The position numbers were made by a program, and so were the translations under genes. Under the pieces are notes generated by a model. The model saw only the letters and a list, made by a program, of their open reading frames with translations, had not been told where the DNA came from and did not search any database. Source: Rhynchobatus australiae (Eukaryota). From it: a stretch of 64,000 nucleotides of DNA. The stretch covers positions 13,405,732 to 13,469,731 of the forward strand of contig JAUZTB010000079.1 of the NCBI GenBank assembly GCA_034780895.1, in the 5' to 3' direction. Below are positions 1 to 10,384 of this stretch, in pieces. Every line of letters starts with the position of its first letter. Position 1 is the first letter of the stretch.

Positions 1-225
1 TTGGATAAGACTATTGAACAGATCCCTAGTACAATAAGTGGACTCTTGACCTCACAACCTAACTCATTACCTTGCACCTTATTGTCTACCTGCACTGCAC
101 TTTCTCTGCATCTGTTACTGTTTTCCCTTGTACTACCTCAATGCACTGATCTGTATGAACAGTACGTAAGACAAGTATTTCACTGTACCTCGGTACAAAC
201 GGCAATAATAATGCAATTCCAATTC
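1..225 (+). mobile_element. Rex1/Babar-clade LINE 3' end
   Basis: Shares the 3' tail (ttgtctacctgcactgcac...tttcactgtacctcggtaca...caataata) with the copies at 15155-15675 and 40665-41262, which encode the PSGRRYRS...F.NSF motif. Confidence 0.7.
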
Positions 226-477
226 TGTTTATGATGAACAGGATCCAAACTCCTCCACAATGGTGCGTGGACTGGAGCCGACTAACAGTTTTCTAAGGAA
301 ATGCCACCTGCCCTCAGCAGAATCTGGGCCAAAGTGAGGTGAGGTAGTGTTGAAGTGGAGTCAATGAGAAGTACAGAAGGCCAATGCTAAGAGCAGCACC
401 TAATCTGTTAACAGAGGTGCCAACCCCTTAAAGCCACAACACGTGCTAAAGAACAGAGCTAAAATGATCTCACAGCC

Positions 478-905
478 AATGAGAGGCATAGACAGCTAGG
501 ATCTTTCTTCCTGGGTCAAAATGTCTAATACTAGAGAGCATGTATTTTAGGTGAGGGGGGTAAATTCAATGGACACTTTCCAAGCTGTGCTGCATCCAGG
601 TAGGATGCTTTCTGTGGTACATCAGTAAAAATTGGTGAGGGTCAAAGGGGACATGCCAGATTCCTGAAGAAGTGCACACAGTGGTGGGTGCCTGGATGCG
701 CTGCCAGGTCTGGCGATGAATGCAAGTATGATAGAGGTGTTTAGATAGGCACGTGAATATTCAGAGAATGGAGGAACATTGACCTCATGCAGGTAGAGGG
801 GATTAGTTTAGTTAGGTATTTAATTACTAGCTTAGTTAGTTTGGCACAACATTGTGGGCTGAAGGGCCTGTCCCTGTGATGTAATGTTCTGTGTTCCATG
901 TTCAA
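478..905 (+). mobile_element. CR1 LINE 3' end interrupted by an antisense Rex1 fragment (~578-672)
   Basis: Colinear with the CR1 copy at 57140-57545 (tcaaaatgtctaatac...gataggcacgtgaat...cacaacattgtgggctgaaggg). The insert matches 41174-41262. Confidence 0.7.
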
Positions 906-1104
906 TATATAAAATCAAAGCTCTGCAGTCCTTTCATATCCTGTCATGCACAGTGGTGGACAATCCAATAGATGGAACAAGCTCCAAGAACATCCCCATC
1001 TTACACAATGGCAGGGCCCAGCACACGAGTGTTAATGATGCTGTTGAAGTAGTGGTCAATATTCCACATTGTCAGGAAGGTGCTCGTGTTGTAAACACAC
1101 TGAA

Positions 1105-1540
1105 ACAGCTTGGGTGTGGTACAGAGGAGTTTCACCAGGACATTGCCTGAATTGGAGGACTTCAGTCATTGGGACATATTGGATAGGCTGGTCTCACTTC
1201 CCCTGGAAGGAAGGAGGCTGAAAGATGACCCAAAAGTATAAAAGATTGAGAGGCATAGATAGGATAGAGATAATCAAAATATTTCCTCCCCCTTAAGGTG
1301 AGAATAAGCAGTTTTATGTCAGATTTGAGGGGCAATTTTTAAAATATAAACAATGGTTGATATCTGGAATGCACAGCCAGAGATGGTGGTGGAATCAGAT
1401 ACAATTACTACATTTAAGAGGCATTTGGACAGTTACTTAAATAGGAAGGGCATAGAAGGCAAATGCAGGCAAATGGGATGAGTACAGATGGGCAAAAAGG
1501 TCAGCATGGATGTGGTGGTCTGAAGGGCCTGTACACTCTG
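1105..1540 (+). mobile_element. Degenerate CR1 LINE 3' region
   Basis: CR1-type motifs cagaggagtttcaccagga..., aggaggctgaaagatgacc, tggaatgcacagccagag and the tail tgaagggcctgtac. Confidence 0.65.
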
Positions 1541-2232
1541 ATCCTACTCAACCTGAAGCATTTACTGCTTCTCTTTTCACAGATGCCTCTTGACGTGTTG
1601 AGTGTTTTCTTTTTTTTAAATTTCAATTGTTTTTCTGTTGATAAAGATATATGCACCTTTACAAGAACATTATCAGGCAAACCTCTTGCCTCAGGGTCGA
1701 TCTGGAGAAACAAATAAAAGTTTGGCCTTAAAAGGCAAGTTTTAAGAAGCATCTTAAAAGAGCAAGACGGAGCAGCTCGAAGACTGGAATCCCAGAACTG
1801 AGGGCATTGACAACTTGAGGCACAGTGCTCAGAGTGGGACAGAATTTGTCAGCGACATTCACAAGATCAGATGTGGTGAAAGGTTAAGGACCTCAGAATG
1901 ATGTAGAGAGGAGACAGTCATGGGAAACATTTCGAAGACTTAAATTTCCCAATTTAAAATTATGTTACACTTAATTTTAGGTCAGAGGTGTGATAGGTTA
2001 ACATTATTCCATTAAATTTGGAACATGGGCAGTCATTTTGGATGGGTTGAAATTTACAGAAGGTGGCAGATGATTAGGACAGCAAGGGAATTGTTGAGAC
2101 CTGAAGCAACAAAACACAACAGTTCTAACTACGTGGAACACCTTTGAAATTTGGAAACCCACCAGATGTAAAATCTGCTCTGCCTGCAGCCTGTTATCAT
2201 TTCACTCACTCAGTCAACAGATCAGCTTATCT

Positions 2233-2619
2233 ACCTACCTTCCCCACCCCCCTCACCAAGGACTCACCTGTCACACCATCTTATGCTCCTCCCCCTCCTT
2301 CCACCCTTTCATTCTGGCTTCTGCCCTCTTCCTTTCCAGTCCTGATGACGGGTCTCGGCCCAAAATATCAACTGTTCATTTCCCTCCATAGATGNNNNNN
2401 NNNNNNNNNNNNNNNNNNNNNNNNNNNNNNNNNNNNNNNNNNNNNNNNNNNNNNNNNNNNNNNNNNNNNNNNNNNNNNNNNNNNNNNNNNNNNNATGAAG
2501 GGTCTCGGCCCAAAATATCAACTGTTCATTTCCCTCCATAGATGCTGCCTGACCTGCTGAGTTCCTCCAGCATCTTGTGCGTTGCTTCAAATTTCCAGCA
2601 TCTGCAGTCTCTGTGTCTC
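2233..2619 (+). mobile_element. Penelope-derived short element (pLTR) with hammerhead-like motif, flanked by a 15-bp direct repeat
   Basis: Pyrimidine-rich leader, then cagtcCTGATGAcgggtctcggcccaaaatatcaactg...gatgctgcctgacctgctgagttcctccagca. Flanks are cagatcagcttatct (2218-2232) and cagatcagcatatct (2620-2634). Contains a 100-N gap. Confidence 0.7.
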
Positions 2620-2829
2620 CAGATCAGCATATCTGAGTGTTTTGAGACCAGTGCATTGCCTGTGGGTTTGTGACAACCTTGAGATTGTTCACCAGTCTTA
2701 AAAAATAGATGAGATTTGTTTTAAAATACAGCAATTCTAACACCTGTGAATCAAATCATCAGACACAAAGAATATTTAAATTTTATTCAATTTTTATTTG
2801 TTGAACTCCATGAAATCAGGAGCAGCATG

Positions 2830-3150
2830 CGTCACTTGTGACTCAATAGACACATTCTTGTTTGAGTCCATGGGTTCACATCCAATTGACAAGACTTGGG
2901 CACAAAATCCACAGCGGTACTTCAGTATGGTAGTGATGGATACTGCACTGTCAGATGTGTGGTCATTTACAAGTTAAGCTAGAGCCTGCTCCAGTAGATT
3001 TAAAATATCCTTTGGCACTATTTCAAAGTTGACCAGAAAGTTTTCCCTAATGCTCTGGTATTCCTCAATCAACACTACTGAAACAGATTCCAGTCATTAT
3101 CTCAGCCATTTGTGGGAGCTGGCTATATGTGACTACATTTTTGGTTGTCA
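2830..3150 (+). mobile_element. Deu-domain SINE (SacSINE1/AmnSINE1-like), degenerate
   Basis: gacttgggcacaaaatcca...tactgcactgtcag...tggcactatttcaaag...ttgtgggagctggct resembles the Deu-SINE body as I recall it. Many related copies occur in the window. Confidence 0.6.
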
Positions 3151-3224
3151 CAATAAGCTGTTACAATTCAATCATCCAAAACAAAACAGCTTGTTTGTTA
3201 CCCTACCCACCTCCCAAATATTCA

Positions 3225-3570
3225 TTGCCTATGATCACCAAGGAGCAGTGGCTGCAGTGCACATCATCTACAAAATGCACTGCTATTACCCAACTCAGGT
3301 ACTCCAACAGCACCTCCCACACACGACTGATACCATTAAGGGTAGCAAGTGTGAAGAACAGCACCACCTGTAGCTTTCCCTCCTAGTCGCACACCATCCT
3401 GACTTGGGAATATATCACCATTCCTTCATCATTACTGGGTCTAAATCCTGGAACACCCCACTGTGGCAACAACTTCAGACATTACAGTTGTGCAAGTAGC
3501 TCACCACCACCTTCTCAGGGCAATTAAGGGCAATAACTGCTGGCCTCAACAGTAAAGCAGCCATTCTGCA
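3225..3570 (+). mobile_element. CR1/L2-group LINE 3' end
   Basis: catctacaaaatgcactgc...cacaccatcctgacttgggaatatatc...gctcaccaccaccttctcagggcaattaagggcaataa. Related tails at ~5190-5290, ~32140-32240 and ~56520-56650 (minus). Confidence 0.55.
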
Positions 3571-4231
3571 AATGAAAGAGAGAATGCTTACAATTCTGGT
3601 AAATGATCCACCTGAGAAGTGGAACTTGTTACACAGCCAAACTGGGCAATAGGGATGGACAATAAATACTGGTCTTGCAAAGTTCAGGTTCCCCCCTCAC
3701 CCCCGAAAAAAATTATTTGGAGACATTCTGAAGAGGAACCAAAAGACAAAATTGCCAAACTGGTCATTCAACATCATACAGTGGATTAAAATAAATTTTC
3801 TCCAACCCTTGGGGGGGGGACAAAGCCATTGCCTTTGGTCCCTGTAGCTAGCTTCTTTCCTGAATCACTGCCCTAATTCCCGTGCCTGGAAACTGTCTAA
3901 AATTGAAGTCAGCTCACAAACTTGTTTATTTATTAATCAGAATGGTCTTGAACCTGGAGGTGCAAAAAAGTAGTCTTCATTACATTACTTAACACCACCT
4001 CTGCCACAGCTCATTGTCATGAGGGGGAAGACAGGCAGGCATGCCCTGTTCCACTCCTGCCCCTTTCATTTACCCATCTGTTGTTGCAACCCCTCATTCA
4101 TGTCATTATCTTGGTGCTTGGCTACTGGATGCACTCGCACATTGCATCCAAAATTCTTCTGCCCACATCCTAATTCACATTAAGTAGCACTCACCTATGC
4201 TTCAAGTATACTGATCTAAATTAGTTCCTAC

Positions 4232-4803
4232 TGTAAGGAGAGAATTATATTTTCCATAAGTCATATTTGATTCCTCCTTGGTTTGCGCAAAAGAGCGCAA
4301 CACAAAATGGTGGTTGTAAGACAAGATGGTGGCAGCTTGGAATGTGGTAATGTTTTGAGAGCATCCAGGAAACATGTTCTGCAAAACATGCCATCTCTGT
4401 TTTTAGGTTACGGGCCTAGGCCGAAGGCCACAAGAGGTAAGGTACAGACTGGTGCCATGACTGAATGGAAAAGTACTAGGGCAGAGGTTTGGAAAGGTAT
4501 TAAAAGGGGGATCTCACCTTCGGCTGGGGTTGCAACCAGTGTTAAGGGACAGACTGATACAAGGCAGAGAGAAGGCTGCAGAAGAGGCTGCCGGACACCT
4601 GGGGTTTCCTCCAGCATTGCATCAGATTGGTTGATAAATATTCTTTTTTTCCCTTCTGTATTTTATTAAGTTTTCTTCTTGATATAACTAATAGCTTTTT
4701 TAGATAACCTTTAACAGATATGCAGTGCCTCCTCTGCTTGCAAATATCTCCTACTGCCAGATCAGGAAAGAACAAGGAACAAATTTTAAAATATTTCATT
4801 ACA
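4232..4803 (+). mobile_element. Candidate solo LTR or TIR element
   Basis: Begins TGTAAGGA and ends TCATTACA (imperfect terminal inverted repeat, 11/15). Internal TATA-like TATTAAAA at 4498-4505. Target-site duplication is poor (cctac/actaa). Confidence 0.35.
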
Positions 4804-4810
4804 ACTAAGT

Positions 4811-4910
4811 CAGTCCAGATGAAGGGTCTTGACATGAAACATCAACTGTCCACTTCCCTCTGCAGATGCTGCCTGACTCATTGAGTTGCTCCAGCACCTT
4901 ATTTTTTGCT
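4811..4910 (+). mobile_element. Penelope-derived pLTR fragment with hammerhead-like motif
   Basis: cagtccagatgaagggtcttgacatGAAACatcaactg...gatgctgcctgactcattgagttgctccagcac. Confidence 0.65.
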
Positions 4911-6344
4911 CTTTTAAGTATTACCCTTGTTTCAAAATCATTCTGTAGTATTGCCTCTTCCCTCTTTTTTTTTCCTTTGAGACGTGCACGTCCTTGATTT
5001 TAAACATTCCAATATCGATGGCTGTGCCTTCAAATTCAAAGCCTTAAAGTCTCAGAGTGGTCTGGCCAACCGCCCTCGTTCTACTCTACGTTAGCTTAGT
5101 TATTCAAAACTCCACTGCTCGTGTATTAAAACATCAAGTTATTTTCACACATCCATCCTTGCACTTGCTGTTCTACAGTAACTGGTGAGAGTACCTTCAC
5201 CAAAAGGACTGCAGTGGTTTAAGGTGGCGGCTCATCACCTTCAGGGATGGGCAATACATGGTAACTACACCCAGATCCTATAAATGAAAGTAAAAAAATC
5301 TCTGAGTTAAGAAAATGCAAAGTTTTTGCTTTCAAATAGCCCCATAACACCCTCAGGTCCATCACCACTTCCAGCCATAAAACCTGATGAGATCTCTAGT
5401 CTTGATCTCTTTCTGATCAATCACTCCATCATTAATACTCCAAACATCAGAATTTCATCCTTTTTCTTTCCATCTTAAGACCTATCCCTGACCAAGGTTT
5501 TGGTCGTTTTCTCCTGTGAAGCACCTTGGAGCAATTTTGCTGTGTCGAAAGCACTATAAAAATGGTAGTAGTTGTTGGTGACAATTTGTATTTGCCACCT
5601 CTCTACCTCTCGTCAGGATTGAGAGTGTATTTGGGTAAGTCCTGTGACCTTGACCAAGCATTATTTGTGAGCTGCATCTACAATTCTGAAAGGACTGGAT
5701 TTATTTCCAAAAACAGCTAACAAAGGCCATGACTCAACAGACTGCACTTTTGTCCAGCATTTTTATTTCCATATGAGCCCTAGAGTCATGTATCAAAGTT
5801 ATTTACTTCAATTTGTGTAGCATTTCGACATAAACCCTTCCCAAACTCCTGCCAGGAGTGAGAATTATAATTCACATTGTATCAAGTGACCAAAAGCTTG
5901 GTCACAGATGCAAGTTTCATGGATCATCTTAGAAATAGAAAAAGATTAGGAAATGGATTTTTAAAGCCAGAGATTTGGGCAGCATACTGGAAACAGGTAT
6001 TAAGGCAGGAAGAGATGGGTTGGGGGAACGCAGGGTGAGAGAGAGAGAAAAAGCACCATGAAGGGTAAAAAGTTTACATTCAAAAGCTTGTTGATACAGG
6101 GCAATAGATGAGAAAGACTTGATGTGCCTTAGGGACACAGCCAGTGGAATTTTGGATGGAGTCAAATTTAGAGAGGACCGAGGATGGCTGGCCAAATCTG
6201 AAGGTTAAAAGCAGCACGGAAGTTTTCAGCAGCAACTGAAACAGGGGTGGAGTCAGATCAACTGCAGTCATTACTCAATTGCAAGCAGTCATTGTCCTTT
6301 CTTCAGTGCTGGATAGGAGCACTAGTTGTTTCACGGTGAACACA

Positions 6345-6460
6345 CTGCCCAGATAAAGGGTCTCAACCTAAAATGTTGACTGTTCATTTCCCTCCATAGA
6401 TGCTGCCTGACCCACTGAGTTCCTCCAGTGCCTTTGCAGCATCTGCAGTCTCTTGTATCT
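6345..6460 (+). mobile_element. Penelope-derived pLTR fragment with hammerhead-like motif
   Basis: ccagataaagggtctcaacctaaaatgttgactg...gatgctgcctgacccactgagttcctccag...gcatctgcagtctc. Confidence 0.65.
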
Positions 6461-6509
6461 GCACTAACATTGCAGCCAGGTTTGTCTGATGAACCTCACA
6501 TTTATATCT

Positions 6510-6860
6510 GATGAGCTCCATCATAGGCACAACCCTCCCTGCCACTGAGGACATCTTCAAGAAGCGGTGCCTCAAGCAGGTAGCATCTATTAAGGGTGCT
6601 CACCATCTGGGACACACCCTCTTTGCATTACTACCATCAGGGAGGAGGTACAGGAGCCTGAAGACCCATGCTCAATGTTTTAGGAACAGCTTCTTCCCCT
6701 TCACCATCAGATTTCTGAATGGTCTAGGAACCCATGAACACTACCTCATTACTCCTCCTTTGCACTATTTTTGTAACTTAGTAATTTTTGTCTTTTAGTA
6801 CTGCCGCGAAACAACAAATTTCACAACATAGGTCAGTGATAATAGACCTCATTCTGATTT
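6510..6860 (+). mobile_element. Rex1/Babar-clade LINE 3' fragment
   Basis: ORF 6511-6798 has IIGTTLP...HHLGHTLFALLPSGRRYRSLKTHAQCFRNSFFPFTIRFLN, the typical Rex1/Babar ORF C-terminus. Confidence 0.75.
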
Positions 6861-7682
6861 AATAGAAACCAACTGCCATCTGGTGGTAGACTTGTGTATA
6901 CTCAAGAAATTCAGCCGAATATAAAACCAGAGCACCAAAGAAATTCACTGTGTGCATGCCAGCTGATATGAATTGTCTAACTGCTCAGTCCACAAACTTG
7001 TGGGCTGCACTCGGTGCTTGTCCAAGTACCTTTTAAATCTGATGATCTTTTCCACTTTTACCATCCTTTCAGGCGGGAAGTCCCAGAACTCCTCCAAATC
7101 AGTCCAACCAGCCTCTCTTCATAACTAAACTTGGCCAACCCTGGCACAACTCTCTGCTGTGCCCTCACCCCTCCCCAGCCCAAACTAGCTTATAACAGAC
7201 TATTCTCACCTTCCTAAATTATGACAAGAGTGCAATAGACCTGCGTTTCTTTCTACTTAGGATACAACTAACTTTAGTAGCTATTAAATGACCAAACCCA
7301 TTCCTCCTAGCTCAATACTTGTTTGAAGTCTGATTTGTTGAATGGTTATCAATATTTGGATATTGTCAGTAAATCAAGAAGGGATTTTTGATCAATTTTC
7401 AATCCCAGACATTGTTTTTATTACAGAGCAACTATGGAAGACCATAAATATAGTCTTCTCAACTCAACTCACATTACAATAACTTTTATAAAGAATTAGA
7501 GGCTATGCATAGTGAATATTCTCATTCTTCAGAAAGAACTGAGCAGAGATAAACTATGGGACCCAAATACAAAATATTCACTAATAAATCCAACAGAAAT
7601 AAAAGGAGACTTTTTTCTAAACCCAGAAAGTGATGAGAACATGGAACTCGTTGCAATTTAACACGTCGCAACTGAGCTGATT

Positions 7683-8140
7683 GGTTATACAGCACAGAAA
7701 CAGGCCCTTTGGCCCAACATTCATGCTGACCAAGTTGCTTACCCAAGCTAGTCCCATTTGCCTGTGTTTGACCCATTTCCCTCTGAACCTTTCTTATCTA
7801 TATACCTGTCCAAATGTCTTTTAAACTTTATAATTGTAGCTACCTCTAAAATCTCAAGATGCAGCTCACCTTCTGTTTGGAAAAGGTTACCCCTCAGGTC
7901 CTCTTTCAATCTTTCCCCTCTCACCTTAAACCTATGCCTTCTAGTTTTAGATTCCCCTGCCCTGTAAAAAAAAATTGACCATCAACTTCATCTACACCCC
8001 TCATGATTTTATATACATCCCCAAGGTCACCCCTCCAGGGAAAACAGTCCCAGCCTATCCAGTCTCTCCTTACATCTCAAGCCCTGCAGTCCTAGTAACA
8101 TCCTTTCGAATCTTTTCTGCACCAGTTCGAGCCGAATGAC
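7683..8140 (-). mobile_element. CR1 LINE 3' end
   Basis: acagcacagaaacaggccctttggcccaac...tcccctctcaccttaaacctatgcc...cccagcctatccagtctctcc...cttttctgcacc is the reverse of a CR1 3' region. Confidence 0.75.
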
Positions 8141-10384
8141 ATGGATTATTTAATGGGAATCAGGATAAATATGGAATATACTTAAACTGAAAGTCATTTN
8201 NNNNNNNNNNNNNNNNNNNNNNNNNNNNNNNNNNNNNNNNNNNNNNNNNNNNNNNNNNNNNNNNNNNNNNNNNNNNNNNNNNNNNNNNNNNNNNNNNNNA
8301 AACTGAAAGTCATTTAAAGTGGGATAAGTAGAACAATTGGTAAGGAATGGTTGTATAATGGTTGTGTTACTTTACCAGCATCTAAAGAATTGCCATATTA
8401 ATTTGGAAACAGGGGTTGGATTCCCATCTCCAGGTTCATTTAACTGTCCTTAAAAAAAATCATTAATGTTCTGCACGGAAGAAAAAAACTGCTATCTTGG
8501 TTGTGTTTGGCCCCTCAACTCAACCCATGCGTTTGACTCTTAGCCAGCCACTGAAGTAGTTTAGCCAGCCATGCCTTTCAAGAATTCGCAAGTCTGTTTG
8601 GTTAAAAGCACAATACAGAAGTCTATTGCCCTAGAAAAGCAAAGAGTATTGCTGTAGCAGCAATATCCAATGAAGCATTACCCCAATCAAGTCAGTCAAG
8701 ATGACAATTGTAACCTCTCTCTGGGAGCTCCTAAAGCTTCATCACATTCATAAATTGAGGGGGAAACCCAAGGTTTTGCTTCTTCCTGAAGATGAGGTAG
8801 TTGACAAATTTACATTAAAGCTAAGAGAAGCTGATTGACTGAATGGCTACTCAGTAAGCTTTGGACTTTGTTTTAAAATGCTAATCAAGTGGCCATTCAT
8901 TATTTCCAGCATCCTAACGTTCCAGTTTTTATTCCTTTCTGCACAAGGGACTGCATTGAACTGCACACCAAGAGGAAAATGAGACTATCCACTGGAAAAC
9001 TCCCAACTTTATTGAGTACTTTCTCTGGTTAAATCTAAGAGAAATCACATATCTTCCAGAACACGAGCATACTTGGATGAAAATCTTTCCGATTTAACAC
9101 TTATATTTTGTAAATGTTAATCATCAAAAGCAACAAATCCACAAAACATCTGAGTCACAATTACTCATGAAGTAGTATCCTTATAACTACGACAGACTGC
9201 TACAGCCCAAGGATGACATCAGTTCTGATTCTGGAGTTAAGTGCCCAGCCTTCAAACCGGAAGCAATGGAGAGGTATGTACTGGAGTCAGAGGCAACAAG
9301 TAAACTAGCTTCAACATTGAAAACCANNNNGCAAGTGACATGCTCTACTTATTATCTAAATTTACTCAACACCTTTATATAACAGTTGATATGCAGTTAG
9401 ATAACCACCTTCCAATGAACAGATGTTTTAACAGCTGCTGACCACAGCAACACAAAACAGGAGGGGTGGGGTGAAGCAACACTGGCAGTACTTGCACCTA
9501 CATCACAGCTCAATATTTAAACACTGCTGCAGCAAAACATACTCCTGAAGCTTGGATGGGAGCACTTCCACTGAACTTGCAATTGTCTTGGGGTTGGGGG
9601 GGATGAAGAGTGAGAAAGAGAGTGAGAAAAAAGTAGAGGCATTCTACTTTGAGAAGCAAGTCATTGGTGGTAGTGTGCCAGCTGCAAGGCATGTAAACAA
9701 AGGAGCATTAAGTGTTAGTGCTGGAATACTGTAGGAACAGTTTCATAAGCTGCAGCAACCAGGCTAAACCTTGCACAGAAATATATTTCAGTATTTCATT
9801 TCCCAGCACTAACTTTTCATTCATGCAGTTAAAAAGTTTAAAATGACTTCACTTTGCTCTGGACAACTGCTGNNNNNNNNNNNNNNNNNNNNNNNNNNNN
9901 NNNNNNNNNNNNNNNNNNNNNNNNNNNNNNNNNNNNNNNNNNNNNNNNNNNNNNNNNNNNNNNNNNNNNNNNNNNNNNNNNNNNNNNNNNNNNNNNNNNN
10001 NNNNNNNNNNNNNNNNNNNNNNNNNNNNNNNNNNNNNNNNNNNNNNNNNNNNNNNNNNNNNNNNNNNNNNNNNNNNNNNNNNNNNNNNNNNNNNNNNNNN
10101 NNNNNNNNNNNNNNNNNNNNNNNNNNNNNNNNNNNNNNNNNNNNNNNNNNNNNNNNNNNNNNNNNNNNNNNNNNNNNNNNNNNNNNNNNNNNNNNNNNNN
10201 NNNNNNNNNNNNNNNNNNNNNNNNNNNNNNNNNNNNNNNNNNNNNNNNNNNNNNNNNNNNNNNNNNNNNNNNNNNNNNNNNNNNNNNNNNNNNNNNNNNN
10301 NNNNNNNNNNNNNNNNNNNNNNNNNNNNNNNNNNNNNNNNNNNNNNNNNNNNNNNNNNNNNNNTGTTAGACTCTAATTACAAAA

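Noticed and set aside
9843-10376. Long ORFs spanning N runs (also near 16642, 27446 and 33807)
   Set aside because: Artefacts of translating assembly gaps.
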